DNA of 64,000 nucleotides from Oikopleura dioica. Taxonomy: Eukaryota > Animalia > Chordata. Location of the stretch: the NCBI GenBank assembly GCA_907165135.1, contig OU015566.1, positions 14,260,001-14,324,000 on the forward strand, given 5' to 3'. Positions 1 to 11,140 of the stretch are shown one piece after another. The position numbers were made by a program, and so were the translations under genes. Position 1 is the stretch's first letter. Each line of letters starts with the position of its first letter. Below the pieces are notes generated by a model. That model saw nothing but the letters and a program-made list of their open reading frames with translations. It was not told the origin of the DNA and ran no database searches.

Positions 1-563
1 TTTGCATCACACTATTCAGAGCTGAAGCGTTTAGGACAATTTTCGGGCTGTTTTTGGTTAAAAAAAATAATTAATAATTTATTAAATAAATAATTTATCG
101 TAGAAAAAAGCTAGTTGAAGAGTGTTTGCACGAGCCTCACCTTATTTCCTAGAATACCGGTAGTCGCTTCATTACCTTTGACCCTCGCGGTATCATAAAA
201 CCTAAATCAGATGTTATTATTATGAATCGTCTCTATTTCCTAAATCGTAAATCATCATAAACCGTGAACAAGCCCAAAAATGTCCTGAGTTCGTATGAAT
301 CATGCTCGTTTGATTTCTGGCGCTGCTCGGAGCAGTGCCGCCCACGCCCGAATGAATCGCCAATTCATCCAAAGAAGCCACTCCGACGAGTAATTTTTCC
401 TGTTTTTGCCCTTTTTTCTTCTGTCTGGGATCGAAGCCGTCTGAAAAAAAAGAAACAAGGAAAAAGAGAGATAAAGAAGCCGAAAACTTGCCGGAAAAGA
501 ACTAAAACTTGGGAATCTTTGGAATTCAAACTTCGGAGAAATTGGGAGAAAAAGAAGGAATTA

Positions 564-2829
564 ATGCAGGCCCCAGTTCAGAAGAAAGTTTTTACGTAAG
601 TTCAATGATCAATTAATTTAACCGTTGAATAGTTTGATGATTTCAAAAAAAATTTCGCGGGCCTGGAAATCGTCAAAAAACTTCTTGTCTAGTTTTGAAG
701 AGCTCGTCGAGACGAGTCGAATGATATATAAAACTCCAGATAGTTTTAAGATTTTCCGCCAAAAAAAGTGATAAGAAGGTGTCTTATCAAAAATTTTCTG
801 ACCGGCGCCGTTTTTGTTCTAGAAAAGCTGAGGTGATGCTTGACCCCGGAAAATGATCCTCATGAGCTGTTCTATTCCGGCAAAAAATTTCAGCTCGTCA
901 TCATTTACCCAGCCGAGTTTATCGTTAAATTTCATTTTCCAAAGAAAATGGGACTGTAAATGGGCCGGAAACTAGGAACGTGCAGCGACAACAAAATGCA
1001 CTATTTTTTGATTTTTCGCTGATAAGCACAGCAGGATATGTGATGACGACCTGAAATTTTTTGCCGGAATAGACCAGACCATGAGGATCATTTTCCGGGG
1101 TCAAGCATCACCTCAGCTTTTCTAGAACAAAAACGGCGCCGGTCAGAAAATTTTTGATAAGACACCTTCTTATCACTTTTTTTGGCGGAAAATCTTAAAA
1201 CTATCTGGAGTTTTATATATCATTCGACTCGTCTCGAAGAGCTCTTCAAAACTAGTCAAGAAGTTTTTTGACGATTTCCGAGCCCGCGAAATTTTTTTTA
1301 AAATCATCTTTCAATCCCTAGGTAGTATTTTTTTGATAAGCCCAATTCTAGTGAGCGGATAAAAGAAAAGCGCCCGCCCGGTTTCAACTTGGGAATTCGA
1401 ACGAACACGACTTCCGCGACGCTTTCTACGCCCGATTTGAAAAAAGCTCTCCAGGTCAGTCAAGTTCCAATTTCTTGCGTCCTTGTTTACGATACGGGCG
1501 GTCCTAATCATCCCTTTTCGCCATTTGTAGCGGTCAAATGTTGCCGCAGCCCTCGGGTTATCGCCTAGTCATCTTCCTAGTCATCTAGTGGCTTTAAATT
1601 ATCGAGGGAATTGAGGAATTGGTGGAAACGCGAGAGATCAAGTCCGTTATTAATTTCATATCTTTCTTTCGAGTGGCTCGAGTAATTATCAATTTGTATT
1701 GTAAGTGGGGTTGAGCAGGAAACAACTTTTTTTATCTGAATGGAGCTTACTATTGAGTCTTGACTCAACACGCGTTGTTTTTTCTTTGAAAATGAAAGCA
1801 ATCAATATTAACCCATTCGAGCATGAAAGTCAAAAACAATCCCATTTTCTGTCTGGGCCTGGCAACCTGTGTAAAAAACCTGAGTCAGAGCTAAGATGAA
1901 AAGCAACGCGGCTTCTCCTTTTAGCTCTTTAGACCCTGACACAGTTTTTTTACACAGGTTGCCAGGCCCAGACCGAAAACGGGATTGTTTCTGGCATTCA
2001 CGCTAGAATGGGTTAATATTGATTGCTTCCATGTTCAAAGAAAGTTGCATATTATTCAGAAAATAATTATTCATTAATTCCATAATGAAAGATCTATATA
2101 TCGAGTTTCGTGCCATCTGAAAGAACCCGAGTTAATTGCCATCACATGAGTAAATTTATAGACGCCCGATTTGGATCGAATTCTCACTTCAAACCTCAAC
2201 GATCTGAGCAGCGATTCCACCCAGCGTCAAGCAGCAACGATCAAGCAAGACCCCGATTCGGTTTCTGAGCAAGAGACGATCAACTTGAGCACGAGTCCGC
2301 CCGTCGCGATGAATTCTGGAAACGAAACGCAAGTTATAAACCAAACCGACCAGCATTTGTCTTCAAGCAGCCAAAATGCTATTCCAATGATGACGACATT
2401 CGCCGTTGTTCAGGATCGAAACACAAATCTACCAAGTAAGATCATTTTGCTCTGAAAGTCGTTGTTGATTTCAGTAGTTGTCCCGGTCGATTTGGAGAAA
2501 CAAGAGGAAGAAAAAGTTGAAAGAAAACGAGAAAGAAATCGAATCGCAGCGACCAAGTGTAGAAAGAGGAAAATAGAACGGATAAATATCTTGGAAGAAG
2601 AGGTAAATAGAAATTAAAGAGAATTACTGTTTCACTTTAAATTTAAAAAATCCTTATTATGGGACTTCAATTTTTGTTTCAGGTAAAAATGCTGAACGAA
2701 AAAATGAGCGAGCACATGAACACAAAACGCAAGCTTCAAATCGAGATCGACGAGTTGCGCAATCGCATCCGCGCTCATGTGAAACAGGGCTGCAAGAATC
2801 TCGAAGAATATCTTGTCGACACCCCCTAA
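564..2829 (+). CDS. jun: Jun-family AP-1 bZIP transcription factor, 5 exons (564-595, 1352-1454, 2162-2435, 2475-2602, 2683-2829), ~227 aa
   Basis: The spliced frame is phase-consistent at all four GT-AG introns. It gives [11 protein letters not shown]|TPDLDRIL (cf. c-Jun LTSPDVGLLKLASPELERL), then [44 protein letters not shown]|VK...RAHVKQGC (cf. c-Jun [45 protein letters not shown]...HVNSGC). Exon 1 is the least certain. Confidence 0.88.
636..1308. mobile_element. Foldback/MITE-like inverted repeat filling jun intron 1
   Basis: ~270-bp near-perfect arms (636-~907 and ~1040-1308) surround a ~130-bp spacer. There is no ORF and no clear TSD. Confidence 0.8.
1796..2028. mobile_element. Palindromic MITE-like element with AP-1-site arm (CAACCTGTG..AAAACCTGAGTCAG family) in jun intron 2
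   Basis: Arms aagcaatcaatattaacccattc...ggcctggcaacctgtgtaaaaaacctgagtcag and their reverse complement. The same arm recurs at ~22824, ~25493, ~35925 and ~45236. Confidence 0.75.
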
Positions 2830-3606
2830 AAGCCTAAAACAACCATCTTTACTGCTCAACATCGCTAATTAATTTCTTCCGATTCTTTTCCTCCTGCGTA
2901 ATCGACCATAATTACGCGGTATCAATGTAAAATTAAAAAAGAGGAGTGCGTTATCGCTTCTTTATCATTTTTCAAAAACGATAAAGTGGAAATAATTATT
3001 ATTTCGAAAATACAATTTTCTGATGAAAGATTCTTTAGACGCACTTCTCCTTTCTTCACTAGAATTCGCTCATGATTCCCGCTCAATCTCTCTAAGAAGA
3101 CTTCAGATAGTTCTATATTCAATCAACCAGTCTAAACTCGCTTTCACCCGTTATTGATCTTGATCTGTGAGACAGTATGATAATAAATATAACGGATAAA
3201 ATTCAAAAGAGTTCTAGCCAAATCTCTCAATGATATTTCAATCTCCAAGTTATTCAATGAATATGTTATAATGTTATTCAAATGGCATTTGGGATCTACT
3301 CTCAAGCCGGTTAGAATGTTTTTTTTATGAAATTTTTCATGTTTATTCGCTTTTTTCGTTGGATTGATTGAGTTTTTAAAGGTTTTTCATATTAAATTAT
3401 AATTTTTTTCAGATACAAATAAATATCGATCTTAATTACTTGATTTGTTGCGTGTAGTATAGCTGGTTTCCGAAATCCATAAACAGAAGCATAATTGAAT
3501 TAAGGAAAAAATATCAAACATATTAATAAAGCAGACAGTAGAGGAAATCACTGATAAGTCTTTTTTTTCTAGGCTTTGCAAGAGTGAAGGTTAGCAGGAA
3601 GGTCGT

Positions 3607-4391
3607 TTAAGGGGGGAGGGTCGACGAGAATTTTTTCAGGGGTGATCGTAATTTCGCTTATACACACAGTCAGTATATGAATCTTATATTTTTGGAATCT
3701 ACAGATTCTCCCAAATCTGTTGTGTTTAAGGGGGAGGTCGACGAGAATCGGGATTTCTGTGACCAAAAATGCGGAAAAACCTGCTTAGATAGGCAAATTC
3801 TGACTTTTTACGTGGAAAGAAAAGGGTCTGAAAAATACAGCGGCGAAAATGAAAAAAAAATTTTTTCCAAAAAATTTTGTAAAATTTAGGTCAAAGTGGG
3901 GGTGTCTCCTGACCAAAAATTCTCAAAAACGGGATTTTTTTTTCTTCATCAAATACTTTTAAAAGTAAGTTTAAACCCTTGAAAATACAGCGGCGACAAT
4001 GAAAAAAGGGATGCTTATCGTGAAAATTTTTTTACTGTTGATTAAAAATATCCGATTTGCCTAAAAATCGTCAGTTTTGCTCATTTTTCATAGGGAATTT
4101 TACCAAAATCGCGGAGACTCAGAATTTTTTACTGATAATGATTAAAAAATCATCAAGAAACAATATCTAGCACATAAAAATTTGATAAGGATTATTTTTG
4201 GGTGATATAACCAACTTTTAACTTTCGTAAAATCTCGGAATCCAGACACAAAATCGAAAATTTTGTTAAAAAAAGCTTATCAATGCCCAAAAAGCTGGAG
4301 ACCAAAAATGCTCCTTTTTTATTGAGGAATCCAAAAATATAATCAAAATTTTGAAAAAACGAAAAAATTTTTCTCGTCGACCCCTCCTTAA
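3607..4391. mobile_element. Non-autonomous DNA element, TTAA-flanked, GG...CC termini (Kolobok-like ends)
   Basis: Left end TTAA-GGGGGGAGGGTCGACGAGAA; right end TTCTCGTCGACCCCTCC-TTAA. A third copy of the end lies at ~3727. No ORF. Confidence 0.7.
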
Positions 4392-4568
4392 GTGTCATCC
4401 AACTAAATCGAAGAATCACCCAACTTAAGGCTCCTTTTTAAATCTACTGTCATCCAAAAAGGGGCCTTAAGTTAGGGTTTCACTGTATAAAATAAGGAAA
4501 CAAATTAACCACTTTACTAATGAGTCTAGTGTGACAAATGGGCCATTTGAAATGGCGAACCATTTTCC

Positions 4569-5182
4569 TTATACTAGTTTTACAACGTCGCTTTCTTCGA
4601 ATGGAACTCTGCACATCGGACAGGTCTTAAGATCTTCTCTACTAAGACAGGACAAGCAAAAAGTATGGAAACATTTCGTGATAACCGATTGACGACGTTG
4701 ATCATTGTCATATTCGAAGCTGCATACTCTGCATTCGCAACTGGGGCTCCCTAACCATTTTCATGAAATTTCGGTTTTATTTTTATGAGCTGACCTTTTT
4801 GTTCTTGCCTCTTTCTGAACTGTTGGATAATCTCATTCTTTTTTCTTTCAAACGAAATCATGTCTTTTTTTATTTTCTCCATCTTCCGATCATCCATGTT
4901 TTGGAATATTGTGATTTTGTTAAAGCCTTTTCCTCGTTGTTTATTGAGTTTAAGAAGGCGTGCCTCTTCTTGGCATAAATGGAAAATAATCTTTCCCAGT
5001 TCTTCTTGCAAAGCTTGGTATTCAAAGCAACGAGTTTTCAGGTCGCTTTTAAATTCATCCGTAAGAGTGGATATGTCACTATGCCAAGCTCCTATCAACC
5101 TCAATTGATCTTTTGTACAATGTTCTCTCTGATTCTTAAATCCTGAGCATGGTGCTGATTTCGATTCTATCTTGGAAAGCAT
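4569..5182 (-). CDS. Coiled-coil protein with C-terminal C3HC4 RING finger (putative E3 ligase); 5' end uncertain
   Basis: ORF 4751-5182 joins through a 44-bp GT-AG intron (4794-4751, phase 1) to GSPSCECRVCSFEYDNDQRRQSVITKCFHTFCLSCLSREDLKTCPMCRVPFEESDVVKLV*, a canonical C-x2-C...C-x-H-x2-C-x2-C...C-x2-C pattern. Confidence 0.75.
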
Positions 5183-5472
5183 TCTTTTTCAATGTTTTTT
5201 ACTCTTAGACAAACTTCACTTGTGAGAAACCCGACATCGCAAGGCTGATAATAAAAAGGAAAACGAATTCACTAGCATGAATATCTTCATTATTCACAGT
5301 CGTTAAAAGATTCTCGCCTCTATCTGGTATTTTTCCATTTTTATTTAACTTTTTCTTTGCATTGATGGCATTTTCGAAGGTTTTTCTTTGAGATGAGTAT
5401 TCATTTTTTGAAAGATCAAGTTTTTCAATAATCGTTTTGTTTTTTGTTGCTTTTCTTCTGTTTCGTTAGCAT

Positions 5473-8400
5473 CTAGCAGGCACCAAAGGTATTTTCACCA
5501 GAGTAGTTCATGTATAAGAATCCGTCTTCGTTTTTGAAGAGCTGGTCCAGCTCGGCAACAGTCTGGGTCGACGAAGGCATTTGCTCGTTGACGATCAAAA
5601 GAGCGCTTTTGACTCGTCGAACTAGAATTTTAGCTTTTACTTGAACCCTCTTTAAATTTTCCTTTTTCTAAAATTCGAGCGCGTTGTATCATTTAACGAC
5701 ATTGGCGCCAATGCAATAGAAACTTCCGCGCTCACGGAAAAGAGCAGTTTGGATAGAGTGGTGCACCGCGATACCATATCAAAAAATGATACCCGCGGAA
5801 AACAACTGGCGCTTTATTGTTGAAATTAACCGCGCAATCATCAGGTTAACCTAGGTGCCAACACGTAAACTCATCCCTTTTATTAATCATGGAGTTCGAC
5901 ACCTCTATTTGTTCCTTGGAATGAGTAGATTCCAAATCTTTAAAAAAAAATAAGGTTTGTGACGTTTTTCTCTAGAAAATTGACGAAAATCTAATTTTCG
6001 CCGGAGGATTTCGACAAGTTTGTTAAATAATCCTAGCCCGAGGGCAAAACGAATGTGCCCAATGAAAAGAGGACCCTTTTTTACCCTAGAATCCCTCAAA
6101 AAATCTTGACGACATTCTTCACGAAGATCAGAATCGACGATTGAGAATTTCTTCTTGTTGTTTTTCTTCTTGAAGAGCCGGAGGACCTCCTTCTGGAAGA
6201 CCAACATGCTGCTGGAAGACCAACACAAAAAAGTTATTAATGGCCGATACTCAGATTTGGCCAAGTTTGGTCAAATTTAGTCGGCTTTGACCGGAGGACC
6301 TCCCGGAGGACCCCTCTGGTGGAAGACAAACTCCTGGAAGACCAATACAAAAAATATTGTAAATGACCATACATGGCCATAGGTCAAGATTCTATGGCCG
6401 AATTTGGTCGGCTTTGGCCGGAGGACCTCCCGGAGGACCTCTCTGGTGGAAGACAAACTGCTGGAAGACCAATACAAAAGAAATATTGTAAATGACCATA
6501 CGTGGCAATTGGTCAGGATTCTATGGCCAAATTTGGTCGGCTTTGGCCGGAGGACCTCCCGGAGGACCCCTCTGGTGGAAGACAAACTCCTGGAAGACAA
6601 AAAAACAGAAATGTCAAACAACAACAACAATTCGATATATGCAATACATTCAGCAATAGAGCCAAAGAAGGCGCCATTTCCATTCATTCAATAAAGTCAG
6701 TCACGTTTCCAAACATACCCGGCCAATTTTTACCTTCAATCAGTCTGCTGGGACGCAATTTGTTTCAATCAATACAGTCAGGTAGGGGCGAAACCGACCC
6801 GAAGGGGAGGCCCGTTCGATTCATCCAATACATTCAGTAACGAATCCAAGCCGAGCCGAAGAGAGGTCAGTTCAATTTATGCAATACATACAGTCAAGCA
6901 CATTAAATTCAGTCAGAGACGGGGCCAAGCCGACCGGTAGTGGAGGTCATTCAGACACATTCAATTCAGTCAGAGACGGGGCCAAGCCGACCCGTAGGGA
7001 GGCCATTCAAACACATTCATTCCAGTCAGGGACGGGGCCAAGCCGACCCGAAGGGGAGGCCATTTAAACACATTCATTCCAGTCAGGTTCGGGGCCAATT
7101 CATTTATTCTTTGAATTCAGCTGTGTTTGTTGAGTGCTAGAATTTTTCAACTCAAGGTTATGATCGCCGAAAGAAGTGCTTTGTTTGTTTAAGCTGACAC
7201 TGTGGACTGATTCTAAGATCTGTTTTGGTGAGGCTCTTTTTCAGTCAGCACAGTCCTGCCAACCCACCCGACAAAAGTCCTGTTACAGCTTTCTAAAAAG
7301 CAGAAAAACGCTTTGAACCGCCTGGTTCAGAGCTAACCGGGTGGTTAAATTGTGTTTTATTTTCTTTCCTTTTTTTGCGGTGGATCCACTGATATCAAAT
7401 TCAACGCATTCTGCCTAAAAATTTGTGAAAAACCTTGAAAATCTTTAATCATACTCAAATATCCTTACTCTTACCGGAAACGCAGGAAACAAAAATTTAT
7501 ACCCACACCATGGTCAGAAACGAGAGTCCATGGACGAAAATATTTGATTCCCGGAGGGCCCGCAGGGACCTCCGGGGAGGAGGCTGAGCGGCTGCGCCGC
7601 GAAGCCTCACCTTCGTATAGTTTGGAATGACGGGGGTCTTGGGGGCGAAGCCCCCGAGGATAACAGATTTCTTTGATGGGGGTGCGGGGGCGAAGCCCCC
7701 GACTTAGAATAGCTTATCAATTGCTTCTTGTAAAATTTCGAACGGTAAGTCGCCATATTTGGCTTTGAATCAGTAAAATTATAAACGAAACAGCGCCAAA
7801 TATTGCTTAGAATAAGTTCAAAGATGTATGAAATAGCGCCAAATGTGGCCTAGAATAAGTTCAAAGATGTATGAAATAGCGTCAAATGTGGCCTAGAATA
7901 AGTTCAAAGATGTATGAAATAGCGCCAAATGTGGCTGAGAATTAGCTTCAACTTGGATAAAACAGCGCCAAATATAGATGAAAATCAAGACTTGAATTAG
8001 ACAAATATGGGCCAATGACAGGCATCAATAAAATTCATCATGGAGTTTCTCGAGAAGGGAAGAGCTTCTAGGATGCCTAAGTCTTTATGGAGGACTCTGA
8101 GGTTATGGGAAAAGTTATTTAGAAGGATTTTGTGCTCACACTGGAGGACTTGATCGTAATTGAAGACCTTTATGGGAAAGATGTAACGCTCGTTTAGAAG
8201 GACGTTGAGGTCATGGAAGAAATTCTTTTGAAGGTCATACCGGAGGACTGAGGAGGAATGGTTGAGCTTTCTCTTGCGCTCATGAAGGAGGACTTTGAGG
8301 TCATGGAAGAACCTTACTGGAAGGACGAGGCTTTGATGTTCTTGGTTCGATCTTGTAGGACAATGTCGTGGGCTGTTCGTTTAGGTTTATCATCCAATAA

Positions 8401-10022
8401 TTTTTGTAGAATGCTGTTCTTTCTCTTCTAGATTTGGTAATGAGTCATTGTCGTCTATAAAAGTCAGGAAAATTCTGAAAATCTCTCAGTTGCTGATCAG
8501 AGAAAAGAGAGAGAGGACGAAAAAGAGAAAAAAATGCCCTTTTCCTTGAATTTTTCGCGGCTTATTGCCCAAATGACCACCGCCAAAGAGATTCCGGAAG
8601 GCTCGTTGGAGAAGATTCGGTTGGCTGAGACCCGGGAGGAGACGCTTTGGCGTGCACGAGTGCTGACAAAGAAGAGTACTTGGAGGAAGATGGCGGAAAA
8701 GGTTCTCATTGCACCAGGTAAATACCATTCTAGAGATTAGGGGTTAAAAGGGTTTTCTAGCGTACCGTCAAGCCTTGTTTCCGGTGGTGGAGAGCGCCGG
8801 CTCTTCAAGAAGAAAAACAACAAGAAGAAATTCTCAATCGTCGATTCTGATCTTCGTGAAGAATGTCGTCAAGATTTTTTGAGGGATTCTAGGGTAAAAA
8901 AGGGTCCTCTTTTCATTGGGCACATTCGTTTTGCCCTCGGGCTAGGATTATTTAACAAACTTGTCGAAATCCTCCGGCGAAAATTAGATTTTCGTCAATT
9001 TTCTAGAGAAAAACGTCACAAACCTTATTTTTTTTTAAAGATTTGGAATCTACTCATTCCAAGGAACAAATAGAGGTGTCGAACTCCATGATTAATAAAA
9101 GGGATGAGTTTACGTGTTGGCACCTAGGTTAACCCACTCCGCCGAAGGGGGCTTTTATTTGCGGTTTCCGCTCCCTCCGTTCAGGCAAAAGGAAAAGTAC
9201 TGGTACCTTTGGGTCTTTGATGTTTCGTCGGATCACTGTGATGAGCTCAGAGACGCGCAAGTCCGAAGGCACCAAATATCGGAAACGATTGAGCTCTGGA
9301 ACGGCGGTATTTCCAGCGCTGCGGTGAAGAACGATCGGCACTTTTTGCGGATATTTGGCGCGGATTCGCGTGGACGACATTAGTCGCTCTTCTGAAAGGA
9401 AAATTATGGACTGGTTGATAGGCTACGTGAAGCGGGTTAAGATGATTAACCCATATCTGCCACGAGACACGATTAGGACCACCACCGTTAGATCTACGAC
9501 GTTCATGGAACAGTCTTCCATGTAGGTGGTTGTCTAGTATTTATAGCCTCTTATTCGTTATTCGCAGAATCATAATTACAAATTGCAAATTCGAAATTTT
9601 ATGAACCGTCTAATGCGCCCAGCTAACCCCAGTGTTGTCTCAAAATACATTTTTTCCTACTCCAGCATCTCTCGCATGTCTTTTTTCAGAATACCGTATT
9701 TAGAATTGATAGAATTGATCAAGTTCTAGCGGAACTAACATGTTTTTACAATAGGTGTTCTTGTTCGACAATTAATGTTAATTAAACTAATTGAAAAGCT
9801 GGAATAGTACAAATGGTAGTAAGTAAAGGGCAATTGAGTTATCATGAGTTATCATGAACAAAAGCGCGAAAATTTGATTATTTTTATAAAATATTTTATT
9901 TTTATTTCCTTCATTTTTTATCAAAAAGATCCCTCTATTTTTCATAAATTATTTAATAAATCGAAGTTTTCTTTACCTTTGGTAAGTGAATTGAACTTGG
10001 CGAGCTCATCGGTGGATGACAT
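5473..10022 (-). CDS. atg8: ATG8/GABARAP-family autophagy protein (GABARAPL2/GATE-16-like); exons 10022-9977, 9391-9207, 5621(or 5667)-5473
   Basis: MSSTDELAKFNSLTK|EERLMSSTRIRAKYPQKVPIV...RYLVPSDLRVSELITVIRRNIKDPK|...IVNEQMPSSTQTVAELDQLFKNEDGFLYMNYSGENTFGAC* matches ATG8 motifs IRxKYP, YLVPSD and EDGFLY...SGENTFG. Exon 3 has a 1-nt frame problem with the proximal acceptor. Confidence 0.88.
6178..6610 (+). repeat. Subterminal tandem repeat, ~128-bp unit (ccggaggacctcccggaggacc...ggaagacaaactcctggaagac)
   Basis: Units start at ~6178, 6291, 6418 and 6547. The same unit recurs at 18870-19150 and ~19527. Confidence 0.85.
6780..7095 (+). repeat. Array of gccgacccgaagggaggcc hairpin modules inside the 3.3-kb element
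   Basis: About six degenerate copies of ggggc(g/c)aagccgaccc(gaa)ggggaggcc are separated by cattcattc spacers. Confidence 0.75.
7790..7972 (+). repeat. 43-bp tandem minisatellite (~4 copies)
   Basis: aaatagcgccaaatgtggcctagaataagttcaaagatgtatg at 7831, 7874 and 7917, plus degenerate flanking copies. Confidence 0.9.
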
Positions 10023-11140
10023 CTCTGACCCGACTGAGTTGAGCCGCTGGCAGAAGCGTCCTTTTCTCCCGCTCTCGCAGACAGTGTTGTTATGCTCCTC
10101 CCGCTGTCTATGTCTGTTTTCGCTGATTTCAGCAGAAAACGGGAAAATGAGAACGACGCTCCCAGGCCGGCTCCTTTTATTCCCACCGTGATTTTTGTGA
10201 AATCGTCACGACAATCAACGATAGAAGGCGGCTAGACTGGAGAAATATCGAATTAGCGCAAATAAACGCGAAAGAAATTAAGCCGTTTTGAAAAAGACAG
10301 GGCGTGATCACGAGACACGCGGATCGAATCATGGAAGGGGAAAAATGATGAAAGTTGTTTGGAAGTTTTTCAGTTTTTTAGTTGTTATGTCTTTTTGGAA
10401 TGTTATGACATGCCATTTTTTTGAATTGGTAAAGTTTAACTTGGTCATTCGTTTTTACCATCTTTTTGGTCAAATTTGACTTTTTGGGCTAAAATTTAAG
10501 ATTTTTTAATTAACTTATTTGGTCCTTTTGACCAATTTGTTCGTCAAATATCGATAAATTTTTGTTCATAAATAAATTGACCTAATTTTGAGTCAAAAAT
10601 TTTGACCAACTCAATGTTAAAAAATAGGCCAAAAAGTCATTTTATGGCTAAATTTTAAGCTTCTTTGATGAAAATATTACATTTTGATTAATGAAAAAGG
10701 TCGAATAATTTCATTTGGCATGCAGTTTTGCGAGGGTACTTCTATAGAAGAAAAAGCGAGGGAAGAGTTTATTGGAAGCCAATAATAAAATGACGGGCGG
10801 TAGTTTCGCTTTTGGGATTTTGGAAACGGGCTGAACCTCTTACTAGAAGCATGTTTGCGCAGATGCAGTTACTTAGCATTACCCCGTACGCGCATTGGGA
10901 TAATGCTAAACAGGCCAACACATGGCCAAATTTTCAGATGCGGTAAAAGTTCATCAACTCAGAGTGTCATCGTGAATGTTGTTGAGTTAGTGATGCTTTT
11001 CGAAAGAAGAAAAAAAGTTGCGAAAAATCAATCTTTGCCTTTCGAAAAAAACTGCCAAGCTGAGTCAGAATTCGCCAAAAAGTGTTAGAACGAAAGTGAT
11101 TTGATAAGTTAATCCGATTTTCGCGAAGAAATTGAGAAAA

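Larger units (their letters stand above)
5850..9128. mobile_element. 3279-bp non-autonomous DNA transposon-like insertion with ~330-bp TIRs and TTAA TSD (piggyBac-like CCT terminus) in atg8 intron 2
   Basis: TTAA at 5846-5849 and 9129-9132. Termini CCTAGGTGCCAACACGTAAACTC / reverse complement. Arms 5850-~6182 and ~8797-9128 are essentially identical. No recognisable transposase. Confidence 0.88.

Noticed and set aside
264-563. N-terminal extension of ORF 264-599 as coding
   Set aside because: It starts at a GTG and has low-complexity Lys-rich composition. Only its last 32 nt fit Jun exon 1.
7790-7972. 43-bp direct repeats as a CRISPR array
   Set aside because: The units are head-to-tail with no unique spacers, the genome is eukaryotic and there are no cas genes.
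5905-9073. Duplicate ORFs 5905-6264(-) and 8879-9073(+) as a gene pair or transposase
   Set aside because: They are the same sequence read in the two TIRs and have no DDE/DDD motif.
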